Source of the DNA: Candidatus Moraniibacteriota bacterium | GTDB taxonomy: Bacteria; Patescibacteriota; Minisyncoccia; Moranbacterales; UBA9337 | Reading direction: 5' to 3' | DNA: 64,000 nucleotides | NCBI GenBank assembly: GCA_026985555.1 | Contig: JALSQF010000011.1 | Span: 4,571 to 68,570 of the forward strand | Part shown: positions 57,061 to 64,000 of the stretch, one piece after another | Position numbering within the stretch: position 1 is the first letter of the stretch | Layout: each line of letters begins with the position of its first letter | Notes under the pieces: generated by a model | The model's input: the letters and a program-made list of their open reading frames with translations, nothing else | What the model was told of the DNA's origin: nothing | Database searches by the model: none | Program-made: the position numbers and the translations under genes

Positions 57061-60000
57061 ATGCCATCCTTAAAAAAAAATCAAAAAAAAGAAATTGAAA
57101 AAAATTTTAATCAAATTTATCAAAGATTAAATCAAAAGCAAAAAGAAGCGGTGGATACCATTGAAGGTCCAGTAATGGTGGTAGCTGGTCCCGGAACAGG
57201 AAAAACACAAATTTTGACTTTACGCATTGCTAATATTTTACGCCGGGCTGGAGCGGGGATAGAACCAGAAAATATTTTAGCTTTAACTTTTACCAATACA
57301 GGTGTTTTTGCAATGCGAGAACGGTTAGCGGAATTTGTGGGCGTGGAACAGGCCTATGAGGTTAATATTTTCACTTTTCATTCTTTTGCTGAATATCAAA
57401 TTAAACATAATCCAGAAATTTTTTCTCAATTTTTATTTGCGCGTCCTATTACTGAAATTGAAAGAATTCAAATTGTAGAAAAAATTTTAGAAGAAAAAGA
57501 TTTTCAAAAATTAAAAAATTTTTCTGGCTATTTTGAATTTTATGCACTAAGTATTTTAGGGGCTATTAACGATTTAAAATCCGAGGCAATTTCTCCAGAA
57601 AAATTTGAGAAAAGCTTAGCAGGTATTAAACAAAGAATTTTAGCAGAAGAAGGAGAAAATGCCTATTTGAAAAGAAAGTCTGGTAACCGACAGAAGGGTG
57701 ATTTAAAAAAAGCAGTAGAAGATAAAATAAAAAATCAAATTGAAAAGCAAACAGAATTATTGAAAATATATCGTCTTTATCAAGAAATATTAAGGAAACG
57801 TCGGTTATATGATTTTTCAGATATGATTTTAGCGGTAGTAGAGGAAGCCGAAAAAAATAAAGACTATTTATCTTTATTGCAAGAACAATATCAGTATATT
57901 TTAGTAGATGAACATCAAGATACTAATGCGGCTCAAAATAAAATAATTGAATTAATTGCAGAAGCTCCAGTCAATGAAGGTCGGCCAAATATTTTTACTG
58001 TGGGAGATGAAAAACAAGCTATTTATGCTTTTCAAGGCGCCAGTTTGGAAAATTTTTTAAAATTTCAAAAAAAATATCGGGATGTAAAAATAATTAATTT
58101 AGAAGATAATTATCGTTCTAGTCAGTATATTCTAAATTCAGCCCATTCAATTTTAGCGGGGGAAAAAGCTCTTAAAGCTAGCAATCAAAAAGTAGCTAAT
58201 TTAAAACATAAAATAGGTGTCGCTCAATTTGATAATTATAAGGAAGAGTTAATTTGGTTAGCTGAAGATATTCAAAAACAAATTAAACAAGGAGTAGCAT
58301 CTAAAAATATAGCTATAATTTATCGTCAAAATAAAAATTTATCCGAGATAAAAAATATTTTAGATAAATTTGGTATAGCCTATCAAATTTTTTCCAAAGA
58401 AAATGTTTTAGATAATAAGGAAATAAAAAAACTTATTTTATTTTTACAAGCGGTAGAAGATCCATATAATGACGAAGTATTATCTAAATTATTGTTTGTA
58501 AATTTTTTAAAATTAGATGTTTTTGATATTTTAAAAATCCTACGTTTAATGGATTATCGGAGAGGAAAAATTAAAAATAAATCCATTTTAAAAATTATTT
58601 CATCTCCCGATCTTTTGGAAAAAATAGAAGTAAGGCGACCGATTGAATTTATGGGATTAGCTACCAGAATAGAAAAATTCAAAGAGCAATCAAAAGAAAA
58701 AGAATTTTTAGAATTTTTTGAAGAATTTTTAAGAGAGTCGGGTTTTCTAAAATATATTTTTAGTTTGAAAAATTCAGCTGTTATTTTGCAGAGAATAGAA
58801 AAAATTTTTGATGAAGTTAAAAAACAAACTTTAAATAAAAAAAACTATACTTTAAAAGATTTTTTAAATTATATTGAGATTTTAGAAAAATATAATATTT
58901 CTTTAGATTTAATTCCGAATATGGCAGAGGATGGGGTGCGTTTAATGACAGCGCATCGTTCTAAGGGCTTGGAATTTGAACAGGTTTATATTACAAATTT
59001 TGTTGATGGTATTTGGCCTAGTAAACAACAGGGAGATAGTTTTAAGTTGCCCATCAAAAAAAACGCAGGGAGTATTGAAGATGAGAAAAGATTGTTTTAT
59101 GTGGCTTTAACTAGAGGTCAACATCGGGTAACTTTAACTTTTTCTAAGTTTGATATGGAAGGTCGGGAAAGAAAGGAATCTAGATTTTTAAGTGAAATAG
59201 ATGAGCAATATAAGAAAAAAATGAAATTAAAAAAAGAAAGTTTAGAAGATAAAGCGCAAAAATATTTTCAATCAAGAAAAAAACAAACTTTATCAGTTTT
59301 TGATTTGAAGTATATCCAAGAACAATTCTTAAAAAATCATCTATCAGTATCAGCTTTAAATAACTATATGCAATCGCCCTTAAAATACTTTTTTCGTAAC
59401 TTACTGCGTTTACCGAGTATGCCTGGAAAGTCAATGATTTTTGGAAATATTATTCATAAAGCTTTAGAAGATTTCTTTATAGCGGCAAAGAAAGAGAAAA
59501 AGGTTTTGGCAGAAAAGGAACTGCTTAAATATTTTTACAAGTCTTTAGATAGTGCTGTATTCTTAGAAAAATATTATAATGAGTTTAAAAAACGAGGTGA
59601 GCAAATATTAAAAGATTATTATCAAAATTATTATCAGGATTTTTCTATAGATCTGGAAACAGAAAAAAAAGTTAGTTCTGCTCTAACTTTACGAAATGGT
59701 CAACTTTTGAGATTGTATGGAATCGTGGATAAAATTGAAAAGTTAGGGCCAAATAAGATTAGGGTAATAGATTATAAAACTGGCAAGACTTATTCTGAAA
59801 AAAACAAAGAAGAAAAAGAAAATCTTAATCGGCAGTTAGTTTTTTATAAATTTCTTTTAGAAAAATATTATGCAGGAAGAGGAAAACCAGAAATCAAAGT
59901 AGAAGAATGTGTTTTAGATTTTGTGGAGCGAAACAGAAAAACAGGCAAATATGAAAAGAAAATTATGCATATTTCTCAAACAGATGTGCGAAACTTAAAA

Positions 60001-60114
60001 AAAGATATTTTGGATTTCGCTGATGATATTTTAAGTGGAAAATTTCTTCAAAAGAAGTATGAACTTAATCATCATACAAAAGATTTTTTTGATTTTTGGG
60101 AATTAAGGAATTAG
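57061..60114 (+). CDS. UvrD/REP-family helicase fused to a PD-(D/E)XK nuclease
   Basis: AGPGTGKT, VDEHQD, GDEKQAIY, NYRS, MTAH.SKGLEF, YVALTR; C-terminal GIVD..IDYKTG. Confidence 0.9.
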   Translation: MPSLKKNQKKEIEKNFNQIYQRLNQKQKEAVDTIEGPVMVVAGPGTGKTQILTLRIANILRRAGAGIEPENILALTFTNTGVFAMRERLAEFVGVEQAYEVNIFTFHSFAEYQIKHNPEIFSQFLFARPITEIERIQIVEKILEEKDFQKLKNFSGYFEFYALSILGAINDLKSEAISPEKFEKSLAGIKQRILAEEGENAYLKRKSGNRQKGDLKKAVEDKIKNQIEKQTELLKIYRLYQEILRKRRLYDFSDMILAVVEEAEKNKDYLSLLQEQYQYILVDEHQDTNAAQNKIIELIAEAPVNEGRPNIFTVGDEKQAIYAFQGASLENFLKFQKKYRDVKIINLEDNYRSSQYILNSAHSILAGEKALKASNQKVANLKHKIGVAQFDNYKEELIWLAEDIQKQIKQGVASKNIAIIYRQNKNLSEIKNILDKFGIAYQIFSKENVLDNKEIKKLILFLQAVEDPYNDEVLSKLLFVNFLKLDVFDILKILRLMDYRRGKIKNKSILKIISSPDLLEKIEVRRPIEFMGLATRIEKFKEQSKEKEFLEFFEEFLRESGFLKYIFSLKNSAVILQRIEKIFDEVKKQTLNKKNYTLKDFLNYIEILEKYNISLDLIPNMAEDGVRLMTAHRSKGLEFEQVYITNFVDGIWPSKQQGDSFKLPIKKNAGSIEDEKRLFYVALTRGQHRVTLTFSKFDMEGRERKESRFLSEIDEQYKKKMKLKKESLEDKAQKYFQSRKKQTLSVFDLKYIQEQFLKNHLSVSALNNYMQSPLKYFFRNLLRLPSMPGKSMIFGNIIHKALEDFFIAAKKEKKVLAEKELLKYFYKSLDSAVFLEKYYNEFKKRGEQILKDYYQNYYQDFSIDLETEKKVSSALTLRNGQLLRLYGIVDKIEKLGPNKIRVIDYKTGKTYSEKNKEEKENLNRQLVFYKFLLEKYYAGRGKPEIKVEECVLDFVERNRKTGKYEKKIMHISQTDVRNLKKDILDFADDILSGKFLQKKYELNHHTKDFFDFWELRN

Positions 60115-60328
60115 AAAAAATAAAATACATTTTTTCCATTGGTATGGTTAGATTTTTTAGATTTTTTGAATATTTTTTAATTTTCAGTAGATATAGTTTA
60201 CTTTAATCAAAATAAAATAACTTGTATTTTAAGAAGGAGAACTTTTAAAGTTTATTTTGCAGAAAATCAGAGATGGAGTTTTAAGCCTAAGTTAAAATTT
60301 AAGTGATTTTATTTATAAAATTAAAGTA

Positions 60329-60357
60329 TTGACGCAGAATATATATTTATTTATAAT
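60329..60357 (+). promoter_or_regulatory. Sigma70 promoter
   Basis: TTGACG-17 nt-TATAAT. Confidence 0.7.
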
Positions 60358-60388
60358 ACCAATTGTGTTTAAAAATTGTTTTTAAATT

Positions 60389-60949
60389 ATGGAAAAAAAG
60401 AGAATTGTTATTGGTTTAGTGGGGGCTACTGGTTCAGGAAAAGATACCGTAGCAGAATATTTAAAAGAAAAATATAAGGTTAAATTAATGCGGTTTGCTG
60501 ATCCATTAAAAGAAACTTTAGCTATTTATTTTGATAAATTTTCTAAGGAGGATCAACAATGGTTAGCGGTAGAATTTCGCAATCGCTTTGGAGATGATAT
60601 TTTATCTAGAGCCTTAAGAAAGAGAATTGATGATGGAAATGGAATATTGGTGATTAACGGAATTCGTTTTTGGGAAGATTTTCATTTTATTAAATCCTAT
60701 ACTAATAGTTATATAATTTATATTGATGTTCCTCAACGTTTGCGATGGAAAAGAACAATTAAGAGAAAAGAAAAAACAGATGACAAAGTTAGTTTTGAGA
60801 AATTTAAACAAATTGATCAAGCTGAAACAGAAAGATATGTTCCAGATATAGGAGCTAAAGCTGATTTTACCATAAAAAATGATAAAGATTTAGATAATCT
60901 TTTAAGAGAAACTGATAAAGTGATGGAAAAAATAGTAGGAAAGAAATAA
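60389..60949 (+). CDS. P-loop kinase (dNMP/dephospho-CoA kinase-like)
   Basis: IGLVGATGSGKDT, FADPLK, GIRF..D, ADFTI.N. Confidence 0.8.
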   Translation: MEKKRIVIGLVGATGSGKDTVAEYLKEKYKVKLMRFADPLKETLAIYFDKFSKEDQQWLAVEFRNRFGDDILSRALRKRIDDGNGILVINGIRFWEDFHFIKSYTNSYIIYIDVPQRLRWKRTIKRKEKTDDKVSFEKFKQIDQAETERYVPDIGAKADFTIKNDKDLDNLLRETDKVMEKIVGKK

Positions 60950-61034
60950 TTTATAGAGTATAAAATAGAAATGTAAAAACATTGACTAAAGTATAAATTA
61001 TTATTAGACTATAAATTAAATAATTATCAGAAAA

Positions 61035-61247
61035 ATGACTATTTGGGATATTTTAGAAATAATAATTTCTATATTATTAACTATAACTATTTTATTGCAG
61101 AATAAAGGTTCAGGTTTAGGAGTGGGATTTGGTGGTTCTTCAGGAGCTTATTATACTAAACGTGGAGCAGAAAAATTTTTATTTAATCTTTCTATAGTAT
61201 TAGCAGTATTTTATATATTGTTAGCTATATTTTTAGCAGTTCGCTAA
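61035..61247 (+). CDS. secG: Preprotein translocase SecG
   Basis: ILLQ.KGSGLG.GFGG....TKRGAEK.L. Confidence 0.93.
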   Translation: MTIWDILEIIISILLTITILLQNKGSGLGVGFGGSSGAYYTKRGAEKFLFNLSIVLAVFYILLAIFLAVR

Positions 61248-61366
61248 AAGAAATAAAAATTAACTTTAAAAATATTAGTAAATTAACTTTATTTAAATTA
61301 TTAAAACCTAAGAATTGGAAATATATCAATCAAACGCTTACCTTAAAAGAAAAGATAATTTTTAGT

Positions 61367-62968
61367 ATGCTTTTTTTGATTGTAATTATTTCTTTAGTGC
61401 TTTGGAGTGGTGTATTATTTTTGAAATATACTTATTCTGTTCCTAATTATGGAGGCAGTTATACTGAAGGAATTATTGGTCAGCCATTGTATGTTAATCC
61501 AGTTTTATCAGAATCAAATGAAGTAGATGGAGCGTTGGTGAAATTAATTTATAGCAGTTTGTTTGATTATGATATTTATGGTAAAATAAAACTATCTTTA
61601 GCTGATAGATATGATATATCAGAGGATAAAAAGATATATACGGTTTATTTAAAAAAAGGAATACATTGGCATGACGGAAAAGAACTTACTGCCAAAGATG
61701 TGGTTTACACTGTTAAAATAATTCAGGATCCAGCTTATAAAAGTCCTTTACGTCAAAGTTGGCAAGGAGTTAAAGTGGAAAAAGTAGATGATTATACAAT
61801 TAAATTTATTTTAAATAAACCTTATTTTAATTTTTTAAATAATCTAACGGTAGGAATATTACCTCAACATATTTGGGAAGATGTTCCAGTAGAAAAGTTT
61901 TCTTTAGTTAAATACAATCTGGAGCCCATAGGAAGCGGACCTTATAAATTTAAAAATATTCAGAAAGATGCAGATGGAAATATATTAACTTATTATTTAG
62001 AAGCTTTTGATAATTATTTTGATTTTCCTGCTTATATTACAGATTTACAATTTAATTTTTATCCAGATCAGAATTCTTTAATAGAGGCTTACAAGAAAAA
62101 AGAAGTGCAAGGGATGGGTAACATATTGCCAGAAAAAATAGATGATTTAAAAAAATCTAATTTTACTAAAGTTTATCAAATAAGTATTCCTCACTATTTC
62201 ACAGTTTTTTTTAATCAGAGTAAAAGTGTGCCCTTATCCTATCAGGAAGTAAGAAAAGCTTTAAATTTATCTGTTAATCGAGAAGAAATAATTGATAAAG
62301 TTTTATATAAACAAGGCCGTTCTATTTGTCAACTAAGTATTAATGACGAAAAACAAGAATGTTCTTTTGATATTAAGAAAGCTAATGAAATTTTGGATAA
62401 AGAAGGATGGAAAAGGGGAAGTGATGGATACAGGGCTAAAGATAATCAAGTATTGGAATTTGAGTTAGTAACTTTTGATTGGCCAGAATTAAATCAAATT
62501 AGTAAAATTTTAGAAGAACAATGGAAGAAAATAGGAGCTAAAGTTAAAGTTAAAATTGTAAGTGTAACTGATTTACAGCAAAATTATATTCGTCCGCGTA
62601 ATTATAAAGCTTTATTATTTGGACAAGCAACGACTTTTAGTCCAGATTATTATCCCTATTGGTATTCTGCTTTCCGTAAAGATCCTGGTTTAAATTTTGC
62701 TTTATTTAAAGATGAAGAGGCTGATAAAATTTTAGAAAAAACACGTGAAGAAAATAATACGGAAAAAAGAAATAAAGAATATGTAAAATTGCGTGAAATA
62801 ATTAAAGAAAAAAATCCAGTTGTTTTTTTGTATAGTCCTTATTATCTATATGTGATTAATTCCAAAGTAAAAGGTGTAGATTTAAAAAAAATTAATGCTT
62901 TGTCTTATCGTTTTGCTAATGTTAACCATTGGTATATAAAAACTAAAAGAATTTTAAAATTGCATTAA
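61367..62968 (+). CDS. ABC transporter peptide-binding protein (OppA/DppA family); true start may be upstream
   Basis: GG.YTEG.IGQP..VNP, WHDGKELTA.DV.YT, PIGSGPYKF. Confidence 0.9.
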   Translation: MLFLIVIISLVLWSGVLFLKYTYSVPNYGGSYTEGIIGQPLYVNPVLSESNEVDGALVKLIYSSLFDYDIYGKIKLSLADRYDISEDKKIYTVYLKKGIHWHDGKELTAKDVVYTVKIIQDPAYKSPLRQSWQGVKVEKVDDYTIKFILNKPYFNFLNNLTVGILPQHIWEDVPVEKFSLVKYNLEPIGSGPYKFKNIQKDADGNILTYYLEAFDNYFDFPAYITDLQFNFYPDQNSLIEAYKKKEVQGMGNILPEKIDDLKKSNFTKVYQISIPHYFTVFFNQSKSVPLSYQEVRKALNLSVNREEIIDKVLYKQGRSICQLSINDEKQECSFDIKKANEILDKEGWKRGSDGYRAKDNQVLEFELVTFDWPELNQISKILEEQWKKIGAKVKVKIVSVTDLQQNYIRPRNYKALLFGQATTFSPDYYPYWYSAFRKDPGLNFALFKDEEADKILEKTREENNTEKRNKEYVKLREIIKEKNPVVFLYSPYYLYVINSKVKGVDLKKINALSYRFANVNHWYIKTKRILKLH

Positions 62969-63170
62969 AATTTTTTATAAAACTTAGTTGTCTATAATCT
63001 ATTTTTTATAATCCTAAACAATAAAAATAAGCTATAAAATTATAATTGATTTTTTTATTTAATATTTTCTTATAAAAAATAATAATAAAACTTATTAAAG
63101 ATTAATTAATTTAGTGTAAAAAGTATAATATTGATACTATAAATATACTAAATTTAGTTATCTAAAAAAT

Positions 63171-64000
63171 ATGAACACAATTAAAAAAATTAAAAAAAAG
63201 AAAGATAAATCTTTTCAAAACAATTTATCAAAAAAGAAAAAGACAAAAAAAAAGTTGCCAAAACGTTCTCGTAAAAAAGCCATAGATAATTCTTTAAAAA
63301 CAAGTTCCTTTGTCTTTCAGCAACCAGTTAGTGAAGGAAAAGTAAGAAAAATAGAAAAGGGAAAATTGAGAATTATTCCCTTAGGTGGACAGGAAGAGGT
63401 AGGAAGAAATATGACTGTTTTTGAATATGAAGACGATATTGTGATTGTAGATATGGGTATGCAATTTCCAGAAGAAGATATGTTAGGAATTGATTACATT
63501 GTTCCTAATATTAATTATTTAAAAGGAAAGGAAAAAAATATTAGAGGTGTTATATTTACACATGGGCATTTAGATCATATTGGTGCAGCGCCAATACTTT
63601 TAGAGCAGTTAGGTTATCCTCCTATAATTGGAAGAGATTTAACCCTAGCTTTAGTAAAAAGAAAACTTGAAGATTATGAGCCAGATTCTTCTCATAGGGT
63701 TAAGACTATTACCGTTAAATCTATTAATGATCGCATTCGTTTAGGTAATTTTCAGTTAAAATTTTTTGAAGTAGAACATTCCATTATGGATTCTATGGGA
63801 GTAGTTTTATTTACTCCAGTGGTAACAGCTATTCATATGGGAGATTGGACCTTGGACGTAGGTTCATCTTCCGAAGGGAAGTTATCTTATGAGTTTCTTT
63901 CTCGTTTACCTCAACCCACAGTCTTAATGATGGAGAGTTTAGGAGCAACCAGTAAACGTTCTTTGGTTACAGAAGAAGAAATGTGGAAAAACTTAAAAAC
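63171..64000 (+). CDS. rnj: Ribonuclease J (5' part, runs off the window)
   Basis: Manual translation: IIPLGGQEEVGRNMT, D.G.QFP, THGHLDHIG, HSIMD, HMGDW. Confidence 0.93.
   Translation, partial: MNTIKKIKKKKDKSFQNNLSKKKKTKKKLPKRSRKKAIDNSLKTSSFVFQQPVSEGKVRKIEKGKLRIIPLGGQEEVGRNMTVFEYEDDIVIVDMGMQFPEEDMLGIDYIVPNINYLKGKEKNIRGVIFTHGHLDHIGAAPILLEQLGYPPIIGRDLTLALVKRKLEDYEPDSSHRVKTITVKSINDRIRLGNFQLKFFEVEHSIMDSMGVVLFTPVVTAIHMGDWTLDVGSSSEGKLSYEFLSRLPQPTVLMMESLGATSKRSLVTEEEMWKNLK

Noticed and set aside
1-64000. Alternative genetic code (UGA=Gly, as in Gracilibacteria/Absconditabacteria)
   Set aside because: Long core genes are uninterrupted under code 11, and TGA ends plausible genes (e.g. at 22640, 33929)

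Overview
Very AT-rich bacterial chromosome segment using genetic code 11. Gene content and style (short ProRS, 759-aa SMC, SD-less A-rich leaders, conserved hypotheticals) point to a Patescibacteria/CPR (Parcubacteria-like) genome; this is an inference. Core genes: corA end, valS, tsaD, proS, mscS, rnpB, a small EPS cluster, gap, murD, a rearranged infA-rpmJ-rpsK-rpsM-rpsD-rpoA-rplQ-rplM-rpsI-secY operon, smc, pgm/pmm, gyrA, rpsO, six tRNAs, a UvrD-nuclease fusion, secG, an ABC peptide-binding protein and the start of rnj. Most interesting signals: (1) an orphan locus at 30.65-30.95 kb with three periodic strong Shine-Dalgarno motifs, the last a start-less 16-nt perfect complement of the canonical 16S 3' end, followed by hairpins and a terminator; (2) a dispersed modular palindrome family, TCTGGCT-[ATTTAAAT-4nt]n-AGCCAGA (1, 2, 2 and 3 octamers), each copy at the edge of an accessory block; (3) a tRNA-Ser-anchored defence island in which a two-gene helicase/MTase restriction system encloses a HEPN gene broken only at three poly-A tracts, a GIY-YIG nuclease, a Fic protein and a relic of a replaced RM C-terminus; (4) a tandem double-GT2 synthase plus putative hydrolase; (5) a D-aminoacylase-like protein with substituted catalytic residues coupled to murD. 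No CRISPR array, rRNA, integrase, transposase or reverse transcriptase was seen.
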